DNA of 34,565 bases from positions 1 through 34,565 of IMG/VR virus record IMGVR_UViG_2896595138_000002, one strand, 5' to 3'. This document shows, piece by piece, positions 23,813 through 31,985 of the stretch. A model generated the notes under the pieces. That model was not told the DNA's origin and did not search any database. It saw only the letters and a list, made by a program, of their open reading frames with translations. How positions within the stretch are numbered: the first letter of the stretch is position 1; every line of letters begins with the position of its first letter. This DNA comes from a virus. Its lineage: Duplodnaviria > Heunggongvirae > Uroviricota > Caudoviricetes. The translations under genes were made by a program, and so were the position numbers.

Positions 23813-24122
23813 TTCTTCCTGGTAGCTTTCCTTTGTAGGTTATCCACACATTCTGCGCCTCTAAAATTATGGGGCGCTTTTCCGGCGACTGCTCATCCCC
23901 TTCACATAACCCGGCAGCAACATCCAGGAAGACCTGTCTGATGCTCATTCTGGCTGCTGCCTCATAAAACTCCAGCGCGGCACCTTCAACACGGTCCAGC
24001 GAGATGTCCAAGTCAAAAATTTCACCGTCAAAGCGTTTTTTGTCCCGTAACGCTAAAGTTACCGTAACTTTATTCTCAAAATTGCGGATCCCTTTCACAA
24101 TCAGTTCATAGTTTTGAGTCAT
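23778..24122 (-). CDS. Hypothetical 114-aa protein between holin and endolysin
   Basis: ATG 5 nt after the holin stop with GGGGAGAG SD; MTQNYELIVKGIRNFENKVTVTLALRDKKRFDGEIFDLDISLDRVEG... Confidence 0.6.
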   Translation of the reverse strand: MTQNYELIVKGIRNFENKVTVTLALRDKKRFDGEIFDLDISLDRVEGAALEFYEAAARMSIRQVFLDVAAGLCEGDEQSPEKRPIILEAQNVWITYKGKLPGRITDSLKTPPKW

Positions 24123-24126
24123 TGAA

Positions 24127-24342
24127 TTACTCTCCCCGTGCAGCCTTACGACGGTCCTCTCTGATTTTGAAATACAGGTTAGTCAGATATGTCAGCAGCC
24201 CAAACAGCCGACTCCCCAGCACGCCTATTGCCGCCCACTGAGACGGGGAAACCCTGTCCAGCAACTGCAGGAACCAGTAGCCCGTTCCCACCGCTGACGT
24301 GGTGTATGACACACCTGTTGTGATTTTTTCCATCTGGTCCAT
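24127..24342 (-). CDS. Class II holin (phage-21 S-type pinholin) with dual-start motif
   Basis: [44 protein letters not shown]...[21 protein letters not shown]; Met1 and Met4 dual starts. Confidence 0.85.
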   Translation of the reverse strand: MDQMEKITTGVSYTTSAVGTGYWFLQLLDRVSPSQWAAIGVLGSRLFGLLTYLTNLYFKIREDRRKAARGE

Positions 24343-24449
24343 ACCCCGTCTCCCGTTATCCGGAAGCTGACAACAATAAAAAAGCCACCAGTTAACTACT
24401 GATGGCTCTGATAACTCATGCAAGCGTCTCAGACGACCCACTGACACTA

Positions 24450-24853
24450 CCGGTGAGTTTAACGATACCTTCCATTTGACTGGCTCACTTTTTATGATGA
24501 TGCCGGTGCATTTATCTCCAGCACCAGACTTTCTATCTCAACGCCATACGTTGCATTTTTGGTAATATCCGTCAGCGTCAGTGCATTTAGTCCCACTGCC
24601 AGACTGTCTTTTATGGCCTGGAATGCCGGGCCAGTACGATGACGTAGTATCACTCCGGCTCAGTTGCACCACTGACCACCACATCACCTTCTGCTGCAAT
24701 CGCCTGCATCAGGGTATAAGGGGTTATGGCCACCGGACTACCAAACGGCTGCCAGCCCTCTTTCAGTTTATGTGTCAGCTTTTCCGCAAGATCTGACGGC
24801 GGCGCCGCCCTGACAACATCATAGTGTTTAAATGCCATGGTTCTTTCCACCAT
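24450..24853 (-). pseudogene. Small prophage protein (possibly DUF1737-type), apparently frameshifted
   Basis: ORF 24650..24853 (MAFKHYDVVRAAPPSDLAEKLTHKLKEGWQPFGSP...) stops, while protein-like sequence (...[45 protein letters not shown]) continues to 24450 in another frame. Confidence 0.45.
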
Positions 24854-25097
24854 CTGAAAAATAATTCTTTAAAATACCTGACATGTAATACAGAAAAAAC
24901 ACAAAACCATACCTTAAATAAAAACCTGATTATCAAGCAGATATGCATGGATAAACTACAAGACGAGATATAAACCACCCTGCATTTAAATAAACAATAA
25001 ACAACATCAGAAAAATAATTCTGCTCTATGGTTTAATTCAAAAATATCATTTATACTTTTCAGAACATCACCAGAAAGGCATAAACAAGGAAACTAA

Positions 25098-25433
25098 ATG
25101 AAGTGGATTGTGATTGATACAGTTATCCAGCCATCATGCGGAATATCTTTTTCAGTCATATGGAGTAAAATAAAATTAATAATCTGGTATCAATCGGATG
25201 CTTTCTTACCTCCTGAAAGTATATTTACACTGACTCACACAGGCATCATGCTCAATAACAAAGTGCTACCTGTAACCATTTACAACGTAGTACCATTCAA
25301 TAAAACATTCTGGAATTTAATCAAAAACAGCCAGGAATGCCCTACAAATACAGATAACGTATTGAATGAATGCTTTAATAACCGTTGCACTCTGCAAATA
25401 TGTCCTTATGGACTAAAACAACAAAGTCCATAA
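25098..25433 (+). CDS. Hypothetical Cys-rich 111-aa protein in an AT-rich island
   Basis: AGGA SD 6 nt before ATG; six Cys including [26 protein letters not shown]; no recognisable family. Confidence 0.35.
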   Translation: MKWIVIDTVIQPSCGISFSVIWSKIKLIIWYQSDAFLPPESIFTLTHTGIMLNNKVLPVTIYNVVPFNKTFWNLIKNSQECPTNTDNVLNECFNNRCTLQICPYGLKQQSP

Positions 25434-25451
25434 GGAGTTTACTCACATCTG

Positions 25452-25489
25452 ACAAAATCAATATAAACAGCCCCTCCGGAGAGGGCTGG
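25452..25489 (-). terminator. Rho-independent terminator-like hairpin (minus strand)
   Basis: Near-palindrome CAGCCCCTCCGGAGAGGGCTGG followed on the minus strand by TTTATATTGATTTTGT. Confidence 0.45.
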
Positions 25490-26087
25490 AGAGTGGCGCT
25501 ATGTGCCATTGCATGGTGCCGGGTGCCTCCCGGTGAATTCAGTACCAGCACCTGAATCCGCGATTATCCCATATACCTACTCGCTGATTTCCCCTCCGCA
25601 CAGGGGGATTCACCATGCCAGTTTCTTTTAACAAACTCCCGCAAACCAGACAACAGTCAACCGCCTGAATTGTGAAGTATTTAAAAATTTCTCCCGCTAA
25701 CTGATACCCGGCTAACAGTCTGGCGTTTTCTTTTTCAGCAACGGGAAAGCAACAACCACCACACCCGCCACCAGCACACCGTCAGCCAGCACTGACATTA
25801 TCCGGCTGCTGCAATGCCATTCACAAAAACAGTAAGCAATCACTTTTTACCGTAACAGGTGATAATCCAGATATGTATCCTGAGGTGTACTGGCAATAGC
25901 GGACACTACCATTTGTTCTTTTTTTAAGCAGCCATCTGATGATATTTTTCCCTGAAGGCTGCCGGGGAGATATTCCCCAGACGAGAGTGACGACGCTGAC
26001 GATTGTAGAAAATCTCAATGTATTCCCGTATTACTGAGATGGCTTCATCCCGGTTATTAAAACGATAGTGGCTCAGGCTCTCATTTT

Positions 26088-26741
26088 TCAGCGTTCCCAG
26101 AAGCTTTCCATCGGAGCGTTGTCGTAACAGTTACCTTTACGCGACATTGATGTTTTCAGACCAAACTGCTCCTGTATGACCCGGTAATCGTATGCGCAGT
26201 ACTGTGAACCTCGATCAGAGTGGTGGATTAGCCCGGCAGGTGGGCGCTGGCTCCTGAGCGCCATAAACAGGGCTTTACCTGTCAGCTCTTTTGTCATGCG
26301 CTCTCCCATGGCGTAGCCGACAATTTCGCACGTATAAACATCTTTGATGCCAGCGAGGTACAACCATCCCTCCTGTGTGGCAACATACGTCAGGTCCGCC
26401 ACCCAGACCTGATTTGGTGCTGTAGGAGCGAACGTCTGGTTCAGCAGATTTGGCGCAACTGGCAGATTGTGGTTCGGGTTCGTAGTCGCTCTGAACTTGC
26501 GTTTCTGCTTACAGCGTAGCCTTAGCTCCTTACGAAGACGTGCCAGTCGGTCACGACCAACGATGATGCCATTCTCTGCCAGCTCCGTCTGGAGCCGCCG
26601 GGTTCCATATGTTTCGCGAGTGCGGATATGTGCCACCTTAATCTCCAGTTTTAGCCGCTCATCACTTTGTTTTCTGTCTGAGGGTTCATGCTGTACCCAG
26701 TTGTAATAACCGCTCCTGGATACACCAAATACCTGACACAT
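26088..26741 (-). CDS. IS600 OrfB (DDE integrase domain), 3' end frameshifted
   Basis: ORF ends ...ESFWER*, other copies read ...ESFWGTLKNESLSHYRF...; C-run 26089..26091 is 3 long. Confidence 0.8.
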   Translation of the reverse strand: MCQVFGVSRSGYYNWVQHEPSDRKQSDERLKLEIKVAHIRTRETYGTRRLQTELAENGIIVGRDRLARLRKELRLRCKQKRKFRATTNPNHNLPVAPNLLNQTFAPTAPNQVWVADLTYVATQEGWLYLAGIKDVYTCEIVGYAMGERMTKELTGKALFMALRSQRPPAGLIHHSDRGSQYCAYDYRVIQEQFGLKTSMSRKGNCYDNAPMESFWER

Positions 26742-26776
26742 CGCTTCAATGGGAAATTGTTGTCGCCATTGTTCGA

Positions 26777-27079
26777 TTAACGCGTATTTTTCAGCGACTC
26801 CTGTGCAAAATACGCTGTTGCTTTTTTTAATATATCTCGCTCAAGGCGAGCTTCATTTAACGCCTTACGCAGTTGCAGAATTTCAGATTCCAGTTCAGCC
26901 ACCGTGCGGGAACCAGGAGTACCGAGCCCTTTTCTGGCGGCGGTAACCCATTGTCCTAAAGTGCCTTCAGGAAGGGATAATCGGGAAGCGCCTTCACTGA
27001 TCGAAAGTTGATTTTCAGGAACCGTTCTGACAGCTTCGGCTTTGAACTCTTTAGAGTAACGTTGGGTTTTTCTGCTCAT
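26777..27079 (-). CDS. IS600 OrfA
   Basis: 100-aa ORF identical in pattern to copy 1 except L20P (RTVPENQ). Confidence 0.9.
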   Translation of the reverse strand: MSRKTQRYSKEFKAEAVRTVPENQLSISEGASRLSLPEGTLGQWVTAARKGLGTPGSRTVAELESEILQLRKALNEARLERDILKKATAYFAQESLKNTR

Positions 27080-27258
27080 TATTAGCTCCTTCTGATGCCA
27101 TTCTATTTCAGGAAGGAGTGTCCGTTAAACTCAGGCTACCTCAACAGGATGGACTTAGCAATGGCTGCTCCTGGCACAAAGCGGACAGTGATCACCGTTC
27201 TTACGACTACTTTCTGACTTCCTTCGTGACTTGCCCTAAGCATGTTGTAGTGCGATAC

Positions 27259-27282
27259 TTGTAATGACATTTGTAATTACAA
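27259..27282 (+). promoter_or_regulatory. relBE operator-like inverted repeats (TTGTAAT-N-ATTACAA) in the relB promoter region
   Basis: cTTGTAATgacatTTGTAATTACAAg 13 bp upstream of the relB start. Confidence 0.65.
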
Positions 27283-27294
27283 GAGGTGTAAGAC

Positions 27295-27534
27295 ATGGGT
27301 AGCATTAACCTGCGTATTGACGATGAACTTAAAGCGCGTTCTTACGCCGCGCTTGAAAAAATGGGTGTAACTCCTTCTGAAGCGCTTCGTCTCATGCTCG
27401 AGTATATCGCTGACAATGAACGCTTGCCGTTCAAACAGACACTCCTGAGTGATGAAGATGCTGAACTTGTGGAGATAGTGAAAGAACGGCTTCGTAATCC
27501 TAAGCCAGTACGTGTGACGCTGGATGAACTCTGA
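27295..27534 (+). CDS. relB: RelB antitoxin
   Basis: 79-aa ORF MGSINLRIDDELKARSYAALEKMGVTPSEALRLMLEYIADNERLPFKQTLLSDEDAELVEIVKERLRNPKPVRVTLDEL. Confidence 0.95.
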   Translation: MGSINLRIDDELKARSYAALEKMGVTPSEALRLMLEYIADNERLPFKQTLLSDEDAELVEIVKERLRNPKPVRVTLDEL

Positions 27535-27821
27535 TGGCGTATTTTCTGGATTTTGACGAGCGGGCACTAAAGGAATGGCGAAAGCTGGGCTCGACGGTAC
27601 GTGAACAGTTGAAAAAGAAGCTGGTTGAAGTACTTGAGTCACCCCGGATTGAAGCAAACAAGCTCCGTGGTATGCCTGATTGTTACAAGATTAAGCTCCG
27701 GTCTTCAGGCTATCGCCTTGTATACCAGGTTATAGACGAGAAAGTTGTCGTTTTCGTGATTTCTGTTGGGAAAAGAGAACGCTCGGAAGTATATAGCGAG
27801 GCGGTCAAACGCATTCTCTGA
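27534..27821 (+). CDS. relE: RelE mRNA interferase toxin
   Basis: 95-aa ORF MAYFLDFDERALKEWRKLGSTVREQLKKKLVEVLESPRIEANKLRGMPDCYKIKLRSSGYRLVYQVIDEKVVVFVISVGKRER...; ATGA overlap with relB. Confidence 0.95.
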   Translation: MAYFLDFDERALKEWRKLGSTVREQLKKKLVEVLESPRIEANKLRGMPDCYKIKLRSSGYRLVYQVIDEKVVVFVISVGKRERSEVYSEAVKRIL

Positions 27822-27892
27822 ACCAAAGCATGACATCTCTGTTTCGCACCGAAGGTGACACTTCTGCTTTGCGTTGACAGGAGAAGCAGGCT

Positions 27893-28048
27893 ATGAAGCA
27901 GCAAAAGGCGATGTTAATCGCCCTGATCGTCATCTGTTTAACCGTCATAGTGACGGCACTGGTAACGAGGAAAGACCTCTGCGAGGTACGAATCCGAACC
28001 GGCCAGACGGAGGTCGCTGTCTTCACAGCTTACGAACCTGAGGAGTAA
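27893..28048 (+). CDS. hokD: Hok-family type I toxin (HokD/RelF-like), 51 aa
   Basis: MKQQKAMLIALIVICLTVIVTALVTRKDLCEVRIRTGQTEVAVFTAYEPEE, translated directly from the sequence (below the ORF-track size cutoff). Confidence 0.85.
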   Translation: MKQQKAMLIALIVICLTVIVTALVTRKDLCEVRIRTGQTEVAVFTAYEPEE

Positions 28049-28116
28049 GAGACCCGGCGAGTGAGAAATCCCTCGCCACCTCTGATGTGGCAGGCATCCT
28101 CAACGCACCCGCACTT

Positions 28117-28147
28117 AACCCGCTTCGGCGGGTTTTTGTTTTTATTT
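28117..28147 (+). terminator. Rho-independent terminator after hokD
   Basis: AACCCGCttcgGCGGGTTTTTGTTTTTATTTT. Confidence 0.75.
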
Positions 28148-28265
28148 TCAACGCATTTGAAATTCTGGATGGTGCCGGAATAGAATCAAAAATACTTAAG
28201 TAGCGCGCAGGGATAAGAGGGATGGACCCCGAACAGGGGAGTGCTATTTATCTGGAAGGATTCTG

Positions 28266-28517
28266 ATGATGAACATCGAAGAACTGCGTAAAATTTTTTG
28301 TGAAGATGGCCTCTATGCTGTGTGCGTTGAAAATGGAAATATTGTTAGTCATTACCGCATTGTGTGTTTGCAAAAAAATGGGGCTGCGTTAATTAATTTT
28401 GTGGATGCCCGAGTGACGGACGGATTTATCTTGCGCGACGGTGAGTTTGTCACTTCATTACAGGCATTGAAAGAGATCGGAATAAAAGCTGGCTTTTCTG
28501 CTTTTTCAGAAGAATAA
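28266..28517 (+). CDS. rem: Small prophage protein of unknown function (Rem-like position and size)
   Basis: 83-aa ORF immediately downstream of relBE-hokD, as for rem in Qin; identity by position and length only. Confidence 0.5.
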   Translation: MMNIEELRKIFCEDGLYAVCVENGNIVSHYRIVCLQKNGAALINFVDARVTDGFILRDGEFVTSLQALKEIGIKAGFSAFSEE

Positions 28518-28582
28518 ACTCATCTACAATCTTGCGCGGGCTGAACTCCCGCTGAGTAACACCGTGCCACCGGAGAAAACCG

Positions 28583-28861
28583 ATGGCACGCAACGCAAAA
28601 TATTACAATCATGATAATTCGACCGTTCTTGCCCACACGCACGAGCGGTATTCTCACGCATTTAAGTCAGACTGGTACCAGCATCCCTCATGCACTGAAG
28701 AACAGGCCGAATGGCTCATTCAGTGTTACCGCAGGCGCGGATGCGAGGTTAAAAAAGCCCTTAGCCTCGACTACCGTCACTGGATAATCTCCGTCAGGCT
28801 CCCTTACTCCGAACAGCCACCGCGTCCGTCCCGCACATTCCAGCAACGGATCTGGAGGTAA
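28583..28861 (+). CDS. Hypothetical 92-aa protein, stop/start-coupled to the following gene
   Basis: ORF ends TAA 1 nt before the GTG start of the next gene; Cys/His-containing. Confidence 0.4.
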   Translation: MARNAKYYNHDNSTVLAHTHERYSHAFKSDWYQHPSCTEEQAEWLIQCYRRRGCEVKKALSLDYRHWIISVRLPYSEQPPRPSRTFQQRIWR

Positions 28862-28862
28862 C

Positions 28863-29912
28863 GTGCGGGTATTACTTCGACCTGTTCTGGTTCCGGAACT
28901 CGGGCTGGTGGTCCTTAAGCCCGGTCGTGAATCCATGCCGGTATTCCACAATACCCGGTTACTGGTGGAGCCGGAACCGAAAAGCATGCGTAATCTGCCG
29001 TCCGGGGTCGTTCCTGCCGCTCGCCAGCCGCTGGTGGAAGACAAAACATTGCTGCCGTTTTTCAGTAACGCACGGGTGATTCGTGCTGCTGGTGGTGCTG
29101 GTGCATTGTCTGACTGGCTGTTGCGCCATATTAAATCCTGCCAGTGGCCACACGGCGATTATCATCACAGCGAAACCGTCATTCACCGTTATGGTACCGG
29201 CGCAATGGTGTTGTGCTGGCACTGCGACAACCAGCTGCGTGACCAGACATCCGAATCACTCGAGCAACTTGCTCATCAAAACCTGTCAGCATGGATGATT
29301 GACGTCATCGGTCACGCAATAAGCGGTACGCAGGAGCGTGAACTATCTCTGGCTGAATTATCCTGGTGGGCGGTCCGCAATCAGGTGGCGGACGCGCTAC
29401 CGGAAGCGGTATTACGTCGTTCGCTGGGGTTGCGTGCGGAAAAAATCCGCTCAATGTTCCGTGAAAGCGACATCGTACCGGGAGAGCAGACCGCCACCAG
29501 CATACTGAAACAGCGCACAAAAAATCTTGCGCCGCTGCCTCACGCCCACCAGCAACAGAACCCACCACAGGAAAAGACGGTGGTCAGCATTGCCGTTGAT
29601 CCTGAGTCTCCGGAATCTTTCATGAAACGACCTAAACGTCGCCGCTGGGTTAACGAGAAATACAAACGCTGGGTGAAGACACAGCCGTGTGCGTGTTGTG
29701 GTAAGCCAGCCGACGATCCCCATCACCTGATTGGTCATGGTCAGGGCGGAATGGGGACAAAATCTCACGATATTTTCACGCTACCGCTGTGTCGGGAGCA
29801 TCACAACGAGCTTCATGCGGATCCTCTGGCGTTCGAAGAAAAGCATGGTTCTCAGGTTGATTTAATTTTTCGTTTTCTTGATCACGCCTTTGCAACTGGC
29901 GTGCTTGGGTAA
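28863..29912 (+). CDS. ydfU: DUF968-like protein with C-terminal HNH-type Cys/His motif (YdfU-like)
   Basis: 349-aa ORF; ...QPCACCGKPADDPHHLIGHGQGGMGTKSHDIFTLPLCREHHNELH...; sits between rem and rusA/Q. Confidence 0.6.
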   Translation: MRVLLRPVLVPELGLVVLKPGRESMPVFHNTRLLVEPEPKSMRNLPSGVVPAARQPLVEDKTLLPFFSNARVIRAAGGAGALSDWLLRHIKSCQWPHGDYHHSETVIHRYGTGAMVLCWHCDNQLRDQTSESLEQLAHQNLSAWMIDVIGHAISGTQERELSLAELSWWAVRNQVADALPEAVLRRSLGLRAEKIRSMFRESDIVPGEQTATSILKQRTKNLAPLPHAHQQQNPPQEKTVVSIAVDPESPESFMKRPKRRRWVNEKYKRWVKTQPCACCGKPADDPHHLIGHGQGGMGTKSHDIFTLPLCREHHNELHADPLAFEEKHGSQVDLIFRFLDHAFATGVLG

Positions 29913-29924
29913 AAGAGGTGACTG

Positions 29925-30282
29925 ATGCTCATAGATTTGGTTTTACCTTACCCGCCGACGGTGAACACTTACTGGCGACGCCGTGGCAGCACATATTTTA
30001 TCTCGGAGGAGGGAAAGCGTTATCGCCGGGCTGTGGCGCTTATTGTTCGCCAGCAGCGGCTGAAATTAAGCCTGTCCGGAAGGCTGGCGATAAAGGTGAT
30101 TGCAGAGCCACCGGATAAGCGTCGTCGCGACCTGCGACAATATCCTGAAAGCACCGCTGGATGCGCTGACGCATACGGGAGTGTTAATGGACGATGAGCA
30201 GTTTGATGAAATCAATATCGTTCGTGGTCAGCCAGTATCTGGTGGACGTCTGGGGGTGAAGATTTACCCCATAATGCATTAA
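29925..30282 (+). pseudogene. rusA: RusA-like Holliday junction resolvase, frameshifted
   Basis: ORF 29925..30197 (MLIDLVLPYPPTVNTYWRRRG...EPPDKRRRDL) then ORF 30100..30282 (...DNILKAPLDALTHTGVLMDDEQFDEINIVRGQPVSGGRLGVKIY) in the +1 frame; single-base insertion near 30121. Confidence 0.75.
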
Positions 30283-30296
30283 GAGCAGGTCAAAAA

Positions 30297-31118
30297 ATGA
30301 AACTGGAAGATTTACCGAAATACTACTCCCCAAAATCCCCTGGCCTGACCGATGCATCGGCCTCAACGTCAAAAGATGCGCTGAGTATCACTGATGTGAT
30401 GGCCGCGCAGGGCATGACACAGAATCGGGCTGAGATGGGTTTTTCTGCGTTCCTGGGGAAAATGGGCATCAGTATGAATGACAGGGCGCGGGCAACAGAA
30501 TTACTGGCAGATTATGCACTCAGTCGGTGCGATCGTGTGGCGGCGTTGAGAAAACTTCCGGCAGAAATAAAACCGGTAGTGATGCGCATTATGGCTTCGT
30601 ACGCTTTTGAGGATTATGCCCGCAGCGCAGCGAGTAAAAAGCAGTGCCCTTGTTGCTATGGGGAAAAATTTATTGAAAGCATAGTTTTTACAAACAAGGT
30701 CCAGTATCCGGATGGTAAGCCGCCGGTATGGGCAAAGTGTACGAAAGGTGTGTATCCGTCTTACTGGGAAGAATGGAAAAAAGTCAGGGAGGTGGTAAAA
30801 GTTGCCTGTCCGGAGTGTGGCGGAAAGGGTGAGGTTTCCACCGCCTGTAAGGATTGCCGTGGGCGTGGTGTCGCCATTCATCGTGAAGAGTCGGTAAAAC
30901 GTGGTATGCCTGTTATCAGAGACTGCCAGCGTTGTGGTGGTCGTGGCTATGAAAGACTACCATCAACGGAGGCATTTAATGCTATATGCGAGGTGACAAA
31001 CCAGATAACACGCGCGTCATGGGAAAAAACAGTTAAGAAATTTTATGATGCGCTGGTGACCCGGTTTGATATTGAAGAAGCATGGGCTGAGCGGCAGTTA
31101 AAAAAGGTAACTAGGTAA
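30297..31118 (+). CDS. Late-gene antiterminator Q-like protein with DnaJ-type CxxCxGxG zinc-finger repeats
   Basis: 273-aa ORF just upstream of a promoter/terminator pair and tRNAs; motifs CPECGGKG, CKDCRGRG, CQRCGGRG; placement after rusA typical of lambdoid Q. Confidence 0.6.
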   Translation: MKLEDLPKYYSPKSPGLTDASASTSKDALSITDVMAAQGMTQNRAEMGFSAFLGKMGISMNDRARATELLADYALSRCDRVAALRKLPAEIKPVVMRIMASYAFEDYARSAASKKQCPCCYGEKFIESIVFTNKVQYPDGKPPVWAKCTKGVYPSYWEEWKKVREVVKVACPECGGKGEVSTACKDCRGRGVAIHREESVKRGMPVIRDCQRCGGRGYERLPSTEAFNAICEVTNQITRASWEKTVKKFYDALVTRFDIEEAWAERQLKKVTR

Positions 31119-31131
31119 CAAGGTAACAAGG

Positions 31132-31159
31132 TTGATTTTTCCGGAATCTGTGGTAAATT
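31132..31159 (+). promoter_or_regulatory. Candidate late promoter (PR'-like): TTGATT-16 nt-TAAATT with TG extension
   Basis: Motif match 14 bp after the Q stop codon. Confidence 0.4.
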
Positions 31160-31208
31160 CGTCATAACGATGGGCGTTTTATGCCTGACGTTAGAAGAGT
31201 TTCTACAA

Positions 31209-31232
31209 CCCGCCGCTGAGCGGATTTTTTAT
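31209..31232 (+). terminator. Candidate tR'-like terminator (short GC stem + T-run)
   Basis: CCGCtgaGCGG then ATTTTTTATT. Confidence 0.35.
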
Positions 31233-31269
31233 TGCGAAATTAATTACGGACCGTTATTATTCTGCTCCC

Positions 31270-31345
31270 GGCCCTTTAGCTCAGTGGTGAGAGCGAGCGA
31301 CTCATAATCGCCAGGTCGCTGGTTCAAATCCAGCAAGGGCCACCA
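31270..31345 (+). tRNA. ileZ: tRNA with CAU anticodon (Ile2/ileZ-like, or Met)
   Basis: 76 nt GGCCCTTTAGCTCAGTGGTGAGAGCGAGCGACTCATAATCGCCAGGTCGCTGGTTCAAATCCAGCAAGGGCCACCA; cloverleaf folds with a 7-bp acceptor stem and encoded CCA. Confidence 0.85.
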
Positions 31346-31443
31346 TCACAAACCGGCATTAGCTTATCAGGAAGAGCAGACGACACGATAACAGGGTTGT
31401 TGGTGCGGGGCGGGTCCCGATGGCGGTCCATTATCGGTATTCA

Positions 31444-31520
31444 GCGTTGTTAGCTCAGCCGGACAGAGCAATTGCCTTCTAAGCAATCGGTCACTGGTTC
31501 GAATCCAGTACAGCGCGCCA
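31444..31520 (+). tRNA. argN: tRNA-Arg (anticodon UCU), argN/argU-like
   Basis: 77 nt GCGTTGTTAGCTCAGCCGGACAGAGCAATTGCCTTCTAAGCAATCGGTCACTGGTTCGAATCCAGTACAGCGCGCCA; anticodon loop CTTCTAA. Confidence 0.85.
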
Positions 31521-31630
31521 TATTCATTCTTCCAGATTCCTTCCGGCAGAGCCTTATACTGAAATATACTTGGCTCAGGATATTGTTGAAAATATTATAT
31601 GTTTGTCAAAAATAAAAGTTCTGTTAAGTA

Positions 31631-31984
31631 TTGATTGAGTATTTGTTATACGGTCTAATGGTTTTTTCAGCATTAAATATTTATCATTCATATGGTGCGG
31701 GTAGAGTGAATATTGATGAGGCGTCGGGGTGTTTCATCCTTAGGCAGCGTATTGATATAGTCAATGCAGCACGAGCAAAGGCCTTCAGCCGTTTGACAGT
31801 TTTGTTCTGTACTCCTGATCGTCTTTCGGGAAGAGACGTTATTATTCTGAATAGTGATGCTATACAGAGGGTTTGCGATGAGTTCATGGTTGCTAATTCA
31901 GAATTATTTGCTCTTGTTCAGGAGTACAACAGAATAGCCAGGACCTGTGGTATGGATGAACTTCGGATTACTCATCTGGGGTAG
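31631..31984 (+). CDS. Hypothetical protein (117 aa) in the Q/tRNA moron slot, probably 3'-truncated by IS600
   Basis: AT-rich ORF; its stop codon TAG ends 1 nt before the IS600 left end; no recognised family; first in-frame ATG at 31658. Confidence 0.35.
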   Translation: MIEYLLYGLMVFSALNIYHSYGAGRVNIDEASGCFILRQRIDIVNAARAKAFSRLTVLFCTPDRLSGRDVIILNSDAIQRVCDEFMVANSELFALVQEYNRIARTCGMDELRITHLG

Positions 31985-31985
31985 A

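Larger units (their letters stand above)
25881..27143 (-). mobile_element. IS600 copy 3, full length, no target-site duplication
   Basis: Both IS600 termini present; flanking triplets differ (TCC / ACA); orfA 26777..27079, orfB to about 26088. Confidence 0.9.

Noticed and set aside
31346-31443. Possible third tRNA between the two tRNAs (Stx-type phages carry ileZ-argN-argO)
   Set aside because: The spacer has no acceptor/T-arm pairing and no GTTCRANYC T-loop motif; no cloverleaf could be folded.
31521-31985. Shiga-toxin operon expected downstream of Q and the tRNAs
   Set aside because: The only ORF here (117 aa) shows no resemblance to StxA or StxB, and there is no second small B-subunit ORF.
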